The translations under genes were made by a program, and so were the position numbers. A stretch of DNA of 64,000 nt from Octopus vulgaris (taxonomy: Eukaryota): assembly GCA_951406725.2 (NCBI GenBank), contig OX597819.1, forward strand, positions 132,618,001-132,682,000. Reading direction: 5' to 3'. The notes under the pieces were generated by a model. It searched no databases, had not been told where the DNA came from, and was given only the letters and a program-made list of their open reading frames with translations. Of this stretch, positions 24,729 to 39,140 are shown one piece after another (positions within the stretch are counted from its first letter, which is position 1; every line of letters begins with the position of its first letter).

Positions 24729-26220
24729 AACCGTTGCTGAATATCTCACTTTGTGAGATTTAAAAATAGTAATTTCCAGTTCACTTTAATTTTTTTCTTT
24801 TATACGAGTTTAACTTTTAGAAGGAAGTTCGAGCGAGAATTTGGAGTCCTTCACTTCCAGTGGTTCCCGTGGTAGTTAATCCATAGCTTGGACCCTAACA
24901 GAGGAGACCTATGAACAATAAGGGCTAAAAGGTGGTTCGAAACGCCTGAAAATCCTGGAACTGCCGTAAAGGGTCTCCAATATCGGATGCAGTTTAAAGT
25001 CGTACCCTGGACACCAAACCAATTAATATCAGCGATGTTTAGATGGTTTTTGTTGTGCTTTACCAGATTCTCAACAGTTTAATAATTTGCCTTTGGCAAT
25101 TAATTTGTTTTCATGAATTTTAACCCTTATTTGTAAAGTTGTTTCTCCGCCAAATAATCAAGTAGCGAGAAATAGAATTGCGATCATAACTTGCCAGAAT
25201 TTGATCAAATCTGAGATATTTGCTACTTGTATTAATGTCGTGCGGTAATTTAAGGACGAACAGTAATAACTATTTACACATTAAATATACGTTTATGATA
25301 CAGAATATTTTCAAATAAACTAGGGCGATGGGTGGAGAAGAAAAACAGAAAAAGTAAAGAAAAAGAAAGCCAGCAACTAGCGAATGTAAACTGTGACCTA
25401 CATTCGAATGTTTGGTTCATTTCGTATTACTAATGCCCCCGAGAAAAGCAGAAATGTTATAAGTTGCTATTTCTTCCTGAAGAATATTGGGTCCTTTCAA
25501 AAAGAAGATTTTTCAAAGCAATTCTTTTTATGTTGCAGTGAAAACATTTTTTGTTTGAAGTATATTTTAAAAAAGCAATGATTAGCTAAAATAGCGACAG
25601 ATCTGACGATTTCCCATGAAAAGTATTCGAAGGGTGAAAAGAAATGAGTTATAAGATATCTTTTACAAGGGTATTTGTGATGTAAGTGAAGTAAAATGGC
25701 TAGAATCGTTAATCGAAACCCCAAAATTCACATTCCGCGGAGAAGTCGAGAGCGATTCAACGTATTTAATGGTATTTTGAAAGTTATCGATATCGATTTA
25801 TTAGAATTATTCATTTATTAGTTTCCGCCATTTTACTCCAATTAAGTTGGGGTTTTGCCACCAATGCTACTGCAATCTCCTTTCGGTAGGTGGCATCGCG
25901 ACGGACGCAGCTGTTCTTGCAGATGGTTCTTGTTTTAAATTTAGAATCATCCAACATTGCAGGCGGCAGAATGTCAAGGCAATGTTTGAATAAGGCTCAT
26001 ATCCACTAAATTCTTAGGAGTCTTCAGATTTTAACAAGATATTAAAGAGATCTCGACTTTTGATTCTCAAACCATCCCAGTAACTGGTCTTAGATCTAGA
26101 CTCAGAGAGACTGCTGATACTTTAGTTCGTGGATTTGTTCCTTTATACTTTAGTTCCTTAATGCCAAACTTTGGTGGAAGTCTTAAAAAATATTCTACAC
26201 AACGCACACGCATGCATGTG

Positions 26221-26278
<58 letters not shown>

Positions 26279-26284
26279 TGTACG

Positions 26285-26650
26285 TATGTCATTGTTCAGT
26301 TTTGTTTCAATATTTCTTACCAATAGAGAAAGAACCGGTTTCTAACCTTGATCCAAAGATCCTTCATTGGAATTTCAACATCAAGAACAGGGTATTTTTG
26401 TATGTATGTATGTATGTATGTATGTATGTATGTATGTATGTATGTATGTATGTATGTATGTATGTATGTATGTATGTATGAGTGCAGATTTATATGTTTT
26501 GTTTTATGTATGTCTTCTCATAGTTGCGTATCAAGACATGCTCATATATATATTTAAATGATAAACTTCCGGAGTTTTACAGATTTTTACAGTTCCAGTG
26601 ATGGATTGGATCTGCAGTCTTCGAATCAGCTTCCTACTTTCTGGTTTTGT
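26285..26650 (-). mobile_element. R4/Dong-like LINE 3' end embedded in (TATG)n
   Basis: Minus strand KPESRKLIRRLQIQSITGTVKICK plus 3' UTR shared with 16870-17030 and 40760-40850. Confidence 0.65.
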
Positions 26651-27859
26651 ATGTATGTGTGTGTGTATGTATGTATGTATGTATGTATGTATGTATGTAT
26701 GTATGTATGTATGTATGTATGTATGTACGCATGCATTTATTCATGTATGTATGTATTTATGTATTTAACCGATCGTTGTGATTAATATAGAATCTCGTGA
26801 ATTCCATTTTCTCTTTCCCTCATTTGTCATGTCTGTTTGTCTGTTTGTCTGTTTGTCTGTTTGTCTGCCTGTCTGTATTTCAGCTTCTCCCAGTAACCTT
26901 TTGTTGTTGACATAAATTATTTAGCGAATTAACGTCGGGTTCCCTCAACTGCTTCGCTCTATATTCAATTGTGGCCCTTATTTTTCGATGCAATAATCCC
27001 AACGACGGGCAATAACCATCTTCCATAAAATGTATTTCTTTCCTCCCAAATCTTCCTGGAATCCATTCTGCCAGTCGCCTGCACAATGTACATAATAATG
27101 ATCCTTCATTTCTAATTGTAATTCCCAATGGTGCCTACTGATTGGGACCAAGATTGCAATCATTCTTGGCCTTATCTATCCTCGATCCAACGTTTATTAG
27201 GAATAACAGCGAAGAGTTTGAAACTTTTCAGCATTAAATTATGTTCATTTTCGCCGGCGCCACCCTGATGTGTTGCATTGGTGTATTTCTAGATGTTTCG
27301 TCATCATTGAGACTGGAAGCCTTTATATTTTCCTATGATCGACATAGCTAGTGATTGCGACTGCTCGTATAATTAAGGCTTATCTAAAGAGAGATATGGC
27401 TCCCGAGCTAAACAGGTAGAATTAATGTGCTTTTCGATAAAGCATTGCTCACTCCAAACGTTTCAATTCAATATTTTAAAAACTCATTCAACTCCTTGTG
27501 TAGTTTCCCAACTACAGCGAGATAATTTCTGTCATCGTACCACAAATATGTGTCGTCTGGTTTGGCAGCTAATGATATATCCAGCCTCCACGTCCCAGCC
27601 TCCGAGCATTGCCTCGCAGAGTGGAAGTTTTGAATTGTTCCGTTTCAATGAATGCCAGTGAGACTTTAATAAAACTTCAGAATGGACAGAGTTTGCGTGC
27701 TTCTTGTGAAATTCCTGATTGACTGAAGATTGGAAAGGGTATTATGTTCTGACGTTGCGTTCACATTACGAAAGTGGGTCGTTTGTGAAACAGGTTTCTA
27801 GAAGACAGTTGGCTTGTATACTATTCCTTATGTGATATGGACATCGATGAGATGACAGG

Positions 27860-27890
<31 letters not shown>

Positions 27891-28379
27891 TGAGAGAGAG
27901 GGATAGGGAGAGAGAGAGGGAGAGTGAGAGAGAGTGAGAGAGAGAGAGGGAGAGAGAGAAAAAGAGAGAGATTATGTTTGGTGTTATTCATGCTGTTTGA
28001 TTTGGGAGTGTTGATGTCACTCAAAATGAATTAATTCTATTGATCCAGTACATTTGATCGTGCTTCAAGCATTCTGGAACTCTCCATAAAAATTCTAGCA
28101 TTGTGTGGTTCATGCAGCAGGCAACACGCTCTACAAATGACCCAGTAGCGAAGACTGCGGAATATATCCAACTCAAAATCATTTTAAAATTACAATTCAT
28201 GAAAAATGTTGCTACTTTCTGGAAGCTTTTGTTGAGCAACAGACCATTCCCAACAAGAGTGAGAAAAGATCCAACCGATCTAATGTTTAAAGTTATCAAC
28301 GATGTCGCTGGAGAGCACATGGAACTATGTGAAGTTAATTACTCTTATATACACAGCCGCTATTACACTTAAGGAACAT

Positions 28380-29190
28380 CTAGGAGAAATCTACAGCGAA
28401 CGAAATTACTAAACGGAAACAATGTAGATGAAAAACAAAACTTGAAGAAAACATCAACGGCATGCACCGCCATATTGGATGGTTAACTACAACAACAAAA
28501 TATAAGGAGAAAAATGAGTTTACACCTCACTCTAAGGTACAGTTGTACCTTAGACAAAAATAACGATATTGATAGCAACTCTTCACACCGATCTCTTGGG
28601 GGAAAGCTAATCCCTTTAAAACATAACTCAGGACGATGAGCGAGAAACTCCGCAATCGCAAGCAAATTTTTGTGCGAGACACGATCAATCGCAAGATGGC
28701 TTCCAACCCATTATAACAGAGAGATGAGGAAGGAAAACATTACCATTACGAAAGCTCCATCCCATGGAGATCTACAATCATTTTGGTTAAACATTTGGAA
28801 CGAAAAGAGGGATTTCAACCTGAATGCATCATGATTAAATACAATTGAAAGAGAATACTAAGAGGATATCTATGAACAACTGCTTCGAAACCTCGAGCTC
28901 CTATATACAGACTATGAGTTCATATTCATACCAATAATAATTGGAGCACAAGGTTTTGTTAGTAAATGCTCAAAGGAAAATCTGGATAAACTGGGATTTT
29001 CATAAAGAGAAATTGACCAGCTGATCTGTACATTACAATTCCAATCTGTGAGTGGAACAGTAAAAATATGCAAGACTTTTCTCAAATTCCAAATGTGAAT
29101 TTGTCTGTGTTAACAACATCCCTCAGTGGAAAATTTATAATAATTAGAAAATAGAAAAGACATTTATAATAATTAGAAAATAGAAAAGAC
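28380..29190 (+). mobile_element. Internally deleted R4/Dong-like LINE relic (RT missing)
   Basis: PSHGDLQSFWLNIWNE joined directly to YEQLLRNLELLY..IPIIIGAQG..SGTVKICKTFLKF; 29-bp tandem duplication at the 3' end; left boundary uncertain. Confidence 0.6.
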
Positions 29191-29278
29191 ATATATATAT
29201 ATATATATATATATATACTTTTTAGAGAAACATAAGTCCGGAGAAGCACACTCTAAGAAGTAGAGCATTCTATATTTT

Positions 29279-29587
29279 TTCCTGCTGAAGGCCGGTTTAT
29301 GGGGTTACCATAAAGGGTTTCACTTTATGGCGTATCGTCAGATCCCAAGACCTGTTGACCTCTGACCTCTGACCTCTGATAGCTAACGGGAGCGGGAAAT
29401 AATCCTCTATTGTTTACCCTCATGGCTATCGATGGCAGTACGACCGGAAGTTGATAGCCATTCGCGAAGGGAGATAATTCAGACTTCATAAGCCAACAGG
29501 TCTTGGAGTCTGACGATACGCCATAAAGTTTAACCCTTTATGGATAGGAAACCTTGGGTAACCCCATAAATCGATCTTCACCAGGAA
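29279..29587. mobile_element. Inverted-repeat element with hammerhead-like motifs in both arms (family H5)
   Basis: Arms 29279-29358 and 29494-29587; ggagt-CTGACGA...GAAA-ccttggg-TA-acccc at 29504-29566; stem II base is imperfect. Confidence 0.55.
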
Positions 29588-29663
<76 letters not shown>

Positions 29664-30755
29664 TGCTCACACTCTTACACAAACATATAAGCACAAACAC
29701 TCTCTCTGTCACATACATATGATAAAATACAGAATTTGAAAACCTGCAATTTTCATTTCTGTTAAACTATATTAAAATTTACTCTAATAAATCTAGGATA
29801 CAGAGTTTTCCCCTTCTCTGTTGTGCATATTTTGTATTAGATGACGATAAACATGGAGTCAATTGTATATATATATATATATTCATAAAATATTGTAAAT
29901 ATGTATATAATACGGAAATATTAATTATTTCCACCCGGCATCTATTTGTAAACAGGCAAAGTAATTATAAGCGAACTATGTTATATGAAAATGATATCAA
30001 AATCGCTATTGAATGATATTTACAGAGTGAGTTGTGAGTTGTGAGTTGTGTGGCTGCGATTGTACGGCGAGAAATGGTAGCTTAAGCTGTTTGCATAATT
30101 TTCTTGTCTTTAATAGAATAACTTGAAACTTCACTTTTCGCATTTGGTTTTATTATTTTTTTTTACCAGTGTTTGGAACTGCATGAATACATAAAATTCG
30201 ATGCCAATTTGCTTGTGATGTGGATTCCTGTTGGCAAGTTTGCATGCTTTTTTTTTGCACATAAATAAAGAATGCAAGATATAATGTATCTTATTTCAAA
30301 GGGGGTTTGATTTCACGTTATAAAACGAAATGGAAAAAGAAAAGAGAAATCAAAACAAAAGAAAAGAAAAAAAAGAAAGAAAAGGAAAAAGAAAGAAAAG
30401 AGAAAAGCGTTCGTCTTTCCCTTTGCAATGATTCGTGTTCTAAAGTTAGTTTTGAACTTGGTAAATATTAGCCAGAAATGCTTTGTCGATTTTACTTACA
30501 GCCATCATCAAATGATGTGTTTCTAATTTTTGAAAGGCAACACTCTTTGTCCGTTCAACCGTGAACGGAATAAATTCTAAAAATGGCAACTGGAAGTTAC
30601 ACACACACACACACACATCGCTATACAGGTACACACGCATTCACACATACACATGCACACACATACATTTTTGTAAGGACAAGTGCGATTTATAATATAA
30701 ATACACACATACGTTTATACATATACAAACATACATACATACATACATACATACA

Positions 30756-30856
<101 letters not shown>

Positions 30857-30970
30857 TTAGGTATGAATCTGTGTGTGTATGTGTGTGTGTATATATGCAT
30901 GTGTCTTTGCATAAATACATATAGATAGATAGGTGTCTCTCTCTTTATCTATAGAATACAAAGAAAAGAT

Positions 30971-31028
<58 letters not shown>

Positions 31029-31551
31029 TATGTGTATGTGTGTGTGTGTATGTATGTGTGTGTGAGTGTATGAAGTTACATCTAGACGTATGAAATCACC
31101 GTCAAACTGCAGAATCGTGGAAATAGAAACCTCCTTGCCGCAGCATCACCAAAGAAGCTTTTCTCCAAGTAGACACTGGTTACACAGTGAAGTAGATCTC
31201 ATCTAATTCTATGAAAAGAACACAAAAAAAAAAAGAAGACTGAAATATCAAAGAGAATAAAATGAAATAAACAAAGCGAGCTAACGAGTAGAAACGAATT
31301 AAATTAAGGACAAATTGTAATTTATAGTTAAGTTCATATATAACGATGTAATTGGAAGTACTTTGATGCTTTAAGCAGATTGAAATAGCATGTTAATTAG
31401 CGTTAAACTACAAAGTGTTCCTTCTCATTCATTACAGAAAATATAGACTGATGGTGTTTTATTTTGGAGGAAGAAGAGACTTCATTCATGCTGTTTCAGG
31501 GTGGATCAAGAATTTATCTAATTATAGATGAGCTACGAATATGGACATGTC

Positions 31552-31619
<68 letters not shown>

Positions 31620-31675
31620 ACGAGCATATATACAAATAGATACAGACACATGAATATGAATATATAATACATATA

Positions 31676-31719
<44 letters not shown>

Positions 31720-32032
31720 ATATATATGCATGTATGTGTACATGTATGTATATATGTTTGTTGGTCTGTCTGGTAATCAGTCTCACTTTCTTTCGGTATG
31801 TGTGTGCGTGTGTGTGTGTATGTGTGTACATACATGCGTATATATATATTTGTGCATACATACAAAAATACACACACACACACACACTCACACGTGAATA
31901 TGTGTATTTATATTTATATGTATGTGAATATATCTATGTATCTATATGCGTGTGTGTATATATACATGTATGTATATATACATATGCATATATATATATA
32001 TATGTATGCATGCATGTATGTATGTATGTACG

Positions 32033-32064
<32 letters not shown>

Positions 32065-32087
32065 CATGCATGTATGTATGTATGTAC

Positions 32088-32176
<89 letters not shown>

Positions 32177-32289
32177 TGTATGTTTGCCCCACGCCCATAC
32201 ATATCCGAACTGTTCATATGTTATTATAAAGATTTAATCAATACTGCACCGTGAAATTCGCCATTGATTTTAAAATACTCAACACCAAT

Positions 32290-33420
32290 TAGACGCAGTC
32301 TAATAAGGAGAATTGTATTTTAGTGAGACTTCTGTCGTTTGGCTACTTTTTGGTCTACCTTTACTTAGGAGAGTCGATGAGATGAGTTTGCGGAGATGAT
32401 TGCTGGTTCTGATTGTTCTTCTGAGACTTAGAGAGAGGGAGGGAGGGAGACGGACCGAAAATGGTTTTGATGTCAAGTTTGTCGTTGAAGAATGGAATAA
32501 TGTGTAGGAGAGATGTATGGAATATTGCGAAGAGCGAGGGGGGAGAACCGAGTGGGATGTGATATAAGTGGTGTGCGAAATAAATGAAGCGGGAGGGAGT
32601 AAAGAATGAGAGAGGGGGGAGTTAGTGTCGAAGTAGGAGGAAGTGGCTAAGGATGGACTGCACGTATAGAGGTGAGCTATTTGGCAGGTGCAGACAGGTT
32701 GGTGCATAAAAGTGCAATGGAGGAGGTGAGGAGAAAGGGGAATGATGTTGCACTTTGAATTCAGAATGGAGAGTAAGGATGGCTGGCAATTATTTAAGGT
32801 AATTTTGAAAGAGAGAACAGAGAGTAAGGAGAATTGAAGTGGACACTGTGCAGGTGGTGGTGGTGGTGGTGGTCACACACACGAATATTCGTTCTCTGAT
32901 TATACACATGTATGCAATGGTAGAGACACGTACGCAAATTTGGGATGGCGGGAGAATACACACTCATCGAGAACCGCCTACAAACAGATGGAGACGCGTA
33001 GATAAAACAGATTTGGAACTTTATTGATGGAGAAGAAAGAAGACGGGGCGGGGAGGAAGTATAGGAGCGCAAAAATAGGGGATGAAATGTAAGATCGAAG
33101 ATGTGATGTAAAAATCTCAAGATGAATGCGCTCCCAGCTTAAAATCGATAGGTTTTCTTTCGTGGTTGCCTGTTCTATTGGAGCCATAGTCTTAAAGGAT
33201 ACCACAGACAAATCAAAGGAATGGCTGGAGGATCTGAGGACTCTATGAGTATTGTTACAGAGGTGGTTGCGTAAAGAAAGAGTCACCAAAGTGCTGAATC
33301 GTTCTGACGACGTACAATGTATGAAAGAGATTGTAGGCTTTCAGGAATTTTAGTGAAACAGGTCAATCCTTCGAGAGAAGCAGAGGCCCAGGAAGGATAG
33401 CAATGGTTCGATAGCAGAGT
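32290..33420 (-). mobile_element. Highly decayed Penelope-like relic (GIY-YIG C-terminus around 33110-33400)
   Basis: Minus-strand fragments SERFS..SSSHSFDLSV..DFKLG resemble the end of Neptune-type endonucleases; weak. Confidence 0.35.
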
Positions 33421-33717
33421 ATGCATGTATGTATGTATGTATGTATGTATCTATCTATAAATATACAAATATTGGAAAATGTGTGAGATCCTTGGTACAT
33501 AATCTCACACAGTATATCCGTGCATATGTGTGTATGTGTGTGTGTGTGTATGTATATGTTTGTGTGTGTGTATATGTCTGTATGTTTGTGTGTATGTGTA
33601 TATGTCTGTATGTAGGTAGATATGTGTGTATTTGTACATTTGTATATATATGTATGTATACATATGTATATATGTATATTTATCTATCTATCTATATACG
33701 TATATATATATATACGT

Positions 33718-34060
33718 TCAGGGTGAATACTTGATAAATGTAAGCACCTGTATATGCCAGCTAGTAGCATAGGTGATAGGATATATGTATCAAATAAAAT
33801 AAATGAAAAACAGGACGCAAAGGATGTTGCGGTACATATGTTTCGGGCTTTATAGAACAACTTATTCTTACATCAATGCATAATCGATATAACAGATAGA
33901 TCAAAAGCCTTCTTCAGCCGCGTGCAATTGCTACACCAAAGACTTGTATCACATTATAAAAGGTTTGAGAAAATAACATTTAGTATTGTTTATAATGGTA
34001 GGTAAACCGAGGATCATTGGGAAAGTATGTTTGTAAATCTTCATACGCCTACATGGTATT
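33718..34060 (-). mobile_element. Solo pLTR of family H4 with hammerhead at 33829-33921
   Basis: Highly similar to 17683-18033. Confidence 0.8.
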
Positions 34061-34062
34061 AT

Positions 34063-34145
<83 letters not shown>

Positions 34146-34893
34146 AGAGAGATGTGTATATATACATTTTGTAAATATGTGAACTACCCTGATCTCCTCC
34201 ATCTCCCCTCCCAAACCAATATATAAAAAAGACATTTCCATCAAAAAACATTTTTATCAAAAGACATGCATCTTACACCTCATTAACACCACCACCCCAG
34301 ACGCACATCTAAAACAGAGGAAATTACTAAAAGAAAGAATTTGGAAAAACATTTGACCATTAGATTTCTCACCAAAGGTCAACTATTCAAATGGCTTCAC
34401 AAAACACTCCATTAACACCCCACCACCTCCCAACTCCTCTTGTGTTGACCATTCACTACTTTCTTTCAGCTATTATCCATCACTGTTCTTTCACTCCCAC
34501 ACTGATTAACAAACCCCAACCCCACCCGAAACACTCCCAAATTCCCTAAAATAGAATCACAAAGCCCCAAATCCTCAGATCTGTTTGACAACGAATGCAA
34601 GAAAGTTCTCCAAGGAAGTTAATAAGGAATTTTATCAAAAAAAGTCTCCCCACCCAAGTCAACAAAGAACTTACTAGATCTACGAACGAAAGGGTAAAAT
34701 TTATATTATCAAAAAATCAAAAAATAAATTAAACTGATTAGAATTACCAGTGAAATGATTATTTTTTTTCTTTTCTCATATATATATATATATATATACA
34801 CCTTTAGGTTGTTACATTGCCAATAAGACACCTATCACATAAGTGACGTCTAAAAACTTGTCTTCAGGTTCTTAAATTGCTAATAAGCCACCC

Positions 34894-34932
<39 letters not shown>

Positions 34933-34964
34933 GTATATATAATATACATTTTTAAAGAATAGTG

Positions 34965-36560
34965 TATATATGTTGTTGTATCGTGGGACGGTCATTCTTT
35001 TGCCAAATAAACACACGCACTATATATTCATTCTTGACTCGTTTATTCTTATTCTAACCCATGTCCATTGTGTGGAAATCTTTCGTCACACATCTGTGAC
35101 CTCTTCAGCGACACTTTCCGCCCTCGTGTGTGCTCCTGCATCTCTTACTTCCTTCTGCTCTTCTATGATGTGTATTCTTATATGCGCGGGCGTTTGCGTC
35201 GGTATTTGTGTGTGTGTGTGTTGCTCTTAGCTGCACTATGACCCTCCCCTCTCCTCCGTCCCATCCTCCGTTGCTGCCCTTGACCCCGACTTTTGCTACC
35301 ATTCCTGTACCAAACACATGTCTGTGTTTGTGGTAGTTGCCGTTGTTGTTGTTGGTCGTTGTTGGTCGCTTTGTTGATGTCTTTGCATCCGTTTATGTGT
35401 GTATATGAGTTCGCGTACCATGTTGTTTGTAGCCGTGCCCTTTATACATTTTTTCTTTACCTATTCATCTTTATTTCTTATAGCTATCATGGGGTTGTGC
35501 ATATTTGTCCATTGTGTGTTTATCATACTGTTTGTATCTGTTTATTGTTTTCTCCCTTCTGTCTTTAGTCGTCATGTTTCGTGGTGTGGTGGTGGCTGTT
35601 ATTGTTCCATTTGTGCTTTCTGTCGAGGATCGGTCTGTCTATTGCTATATGTGAAGCCTCTGGGATCAAAGTGTCGTGCCAGTTCTATGCCTTCATAATA
35701 CCTTACCCTCTCTGTTATCAACTGAGCCTCTATGTTATGCTTGAGCATGTTGGTAGGGCACTGACGAGACTTTATCCTTTTTGAGCTCCCACCAGCGTGC
35801 GCCTATACGCTCCCCTATGCCGCGTACTGTCTCTACAATGTAAGGAGTTGTCTTGTTTCTGCACCGTGTACATCATAAGCTCAACACTATATTCCCAACC
35901 TTACAGTTAGCCCGTAGGCTCACCCTACATATTATACAATTGTTCTCCGCACATGGGGCCCATCGAAAGGGTAAGTTCTATAGATCAGGGATTTTATGGG
36001 GGCTCTTGGCCTTTCTACTACTTTAATCCATAAATTAGCCATATCCAATGCTTTACTAAAATGGTATGTTAGTTCGCCGCCAGGGGTACCATAAACGAAC
36101 ATGACATTGGTATTTTTTGTTGCTATGCCATCAGGTGGCCTTATCTATCTTTTATCTGGTCCTTTCTGTGCTGTTTCAGTATTTGCTCCTGTATAGCGAA
36201 CAGGTCCCCTTTGCATTACTCTCTATGATGGTTTTATACTTAGCCCTAACTCCTAATCCTGTCCCTTTGGTTGGAGCCAGAGAATTGCATTCAGTGGGTG
36301 AAGTGTTGTATGTGTCTTTCCAATTCTCTATGGTCGTACATGCGGGACACATTCCTCATCACTCTCACCAAGTCTGCGGGGGCATACACAAGGACGGAAG
36401 GTGTTGCTGAAGAGGTCACAGATGTGTGACGAAAGATTTCCGGAAATGGACATGAGTTAGAATAAGAACAGTAATAAACGAGTGAAGAACAAATATATAG
36501 TGCGTGTGTTTATTTGGTAAAACAAAGAGAAAAGAAAAAAGGACCATTCCGAAATACAAC
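34965..36560 (-). mobile_element. Decayed Neptune-type Penelope-like element with inverted pLTRs, each carrying a hammerhead core (35070-35114 minus; ~36401-36445 plus)
   Basis: Inverted arms about 34965-35140 and 36375-36560; CTGAAGA-g-gtcaca(gatg)tgtgac-GAAA-gatt-TC; minus strand 35725-35970 reads CAENNCIIC..CKVGNIVLSL*CTRC..PYIVETVRGIGERI (GIY-YIG with Cys cluster). Confidence 0.75.
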
Positions 36561-36619
36561 AAAATTTGTTTCAACACATGGTTTCATATCAGGAATCTTG
36601 CAACACAAATTCATAAATG

Positions 36620-36743
36620 TTCCTTTCAGTCGAAGAGCGTAGGCTCGAAACATAAAATACTTTCTCACCTCCCGAGCGTTAAACTAATACATCTGTTTGT
36701 TGTTTACATACCCGTCTTCATCTTTTGTTTTTTTGTAAATTCT

Positions 36744-36747
<4 letters not shown>
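36620..36747 (+). mobile_element. Partial family-H1 pLTR with a mutated minimal hammerhead (36623-36658)
   Basis: gtcgaagagcgtaggctcgaaac identical to the 6060 region; ends at (TA)n. Confidence 0.65.
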
Positions 36748-36802
<55 letters not shown>

Positions 36803-37535
36803 TATATATATATGTGTAGATAGATACATGTATAATATAGATATATTATTCGATAAATGTGTATGTATATGACTGTGTCACCACTTTAAATTGACAATTA
36901 AATGCAAACCTAGAGAAGAGATCTGCTGAACACGAGAGAAAGTGGAAACGTTTTGCGGTTTGCCTCGCCAAGTTAATGAATAATAATGTATATAGAATAA
37001 TATAAAACATTTCGTTAGATTGGGAGGAAAGCTCCATAACAAACCAAAGAAATACACTGAGCAAAGTTTGGTTTGATTTTAGAATATCAGAAGATTTGTT
37101 GTACAATTACACCGTAGATTCTTTGGCTGAATCTATACACACACGTGCATGCGCGCGCACACGCGTGTGTGTATGTTTGTATGAATGTATGTATGTAATT
37201 ATAAATAGAAAATGAATCACAAAACTCTGTGCAGAGTGAAATCATTAATTTACGACGAGAGAACTCTGCTGAAAGTGACTTTAAAAAGGCGTCCACCTCA
37301 TTATAACGGACGATGTTTTGCAAGATGACATACTGTTAATGTTTGTGAATAAGAGTCGTTGGTACGCACGCGCTCTCGCTCTCTCTCTCTCGCACACACA
37401 CACTGACACACACACACGATACGTACTACATACACTGTTTTTGTGTTTCGGTGTTTCTTAGACTATTAAATGTAATATAGCCGTAAGTTCCTTTGCTCTA
37501 ATGTACACACACACGCAAAGCGCTCCATCACACAC

Positions 37536-37581
<46 letters not shown>

Positions 37582-38084
37582 GAACACACACACACACGCA
37601 TAAACACACGCGCGCGCACTCGACTTCATTATCTCCTTTGAAAAATAACAAACAAGCCAATACGTCAAGAGTAAAGAGTTTTACAGACAAGCGAAGAATT
37701 ATGACACACATCAGAATGTGGTGTTGGTGTGTTTTACGGTTAAAACTAATGAGCCTTACTTTGTCGTATCACCAGGTATACAGAGTGATGACGTTAGTGG
37801 CGAGAGACTAGCAGAGAAGGAGAGAGAGAGAGAGAGAAAAGAGAGAACAAATACGTTCGTTTAATGTCAACTAATTTTTGTATTTCGATTCCCCCCCCCC
37901 CGCTTCTTTTTCCCCTTATTTTACTGGTGTCGATTGTTATTATATTATTCAGCTTCGTTCTGCTCTTTTATCTAAATCGCCAATACGATCGCTGATTGCA
38001 TTAAATTTTTCTTTACTCAGTCCATCTCAATTGACTTTCTTTTCACCAACATCGCTGCTTATATCGCGGCCTAACTATATCTCA

Positions 38085-38172
<88 letters not shown>

Positions 38173-38649
38173 TATGTGTGTATGTGTTTGTGTGTGGTGT
38201 GTACATCTAGTTATATATGGTTACATATCACGCTGAGAACCATTTCTCAGTGTTGCCGAATGAAAACCGTTGCTGCCTCCGTATATTTAACATCTCTTTC
38301 TGCTCTTTCAATGCTTTTAATTTGGTTGTTGATCCAAGTTCTTTATATATTTCTTCCGTGAATTATCGTGTTAATCTTTAATCTTTAATCTCTTCAAGTT
38401 ATTGTCCATAAATGAATACACACACATGTATGTACATACGTATGCATTTTTATGTAGGTGTGTGTATGTATGCGTGCATGCATATCCGTGGGTTGGATTG
38501 ATGCATGCATTCGTAGCATTGCATTTATGAAGACAGATTATGATATATGCCAGCGTCTATAGAGGCAGACGTTACACTCTGCCGGTTAAACTCATGGAAT
38601 GCTTTGAGCATTTTCGCAATAGTTCCAACAACGTCATTTCTTTATTAAC

Positions 38650-39140
38650 CACAATGGCTCAATGGTTAGGGCAGCGGACTCGCGGTTTCGATTCCCAGGC
38701 CGGGCATTGTGAGTGTTTATTGAGCGAAAACACCTAAAGCTCCACGAGGCTCCAGCAGGGGGTGGTGGTGGACCCTGCTGTACTCTTTCACCACAACTTT
38801 CTTTCACGCTTTCTTCCTGTTTCTGTTGTACCTGTATTTCAAAAGGGCCAGCCTTGTCACACTCTGTGTTACCCTAAATCTCCCCGAGAACTACGTTAAG
38901 TGTACACGTGTCTGTGAAGTGCTCAGCCACTTGCATGTTAATAAATGAGTTGCGACGTCACTGGTGCCAAGCTGTATCGGCCCCTTTGCCTTTCCCTTGG
39001 ATAACATCGGTGGCGTGGAGAGGGGAGACCGGTATGCATGGGCGACTGCTGGTCTTCTGTAAACAACCTCGCCCAGATTGTGCCTCGGAGGGTAACTTTC
39101 TAGGTGCAATCCCATGGTCATTCATGACCGAAGGGGGTCA
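38650..39140 (+). mobile_element. tRNA-derived SINE (family C, long form)
   Basis: A/B-box-like head; tail agggtaactttctaggtgcaatcccatggtca...gaccgaagggggtc recurs at 44202-44253. Confidence 0.7.

Noticed and set aside
26880-27400. Possible very old RTE 3' relic on minus (EWIPG..GRK)
   Set aside because: Too degenerate to support
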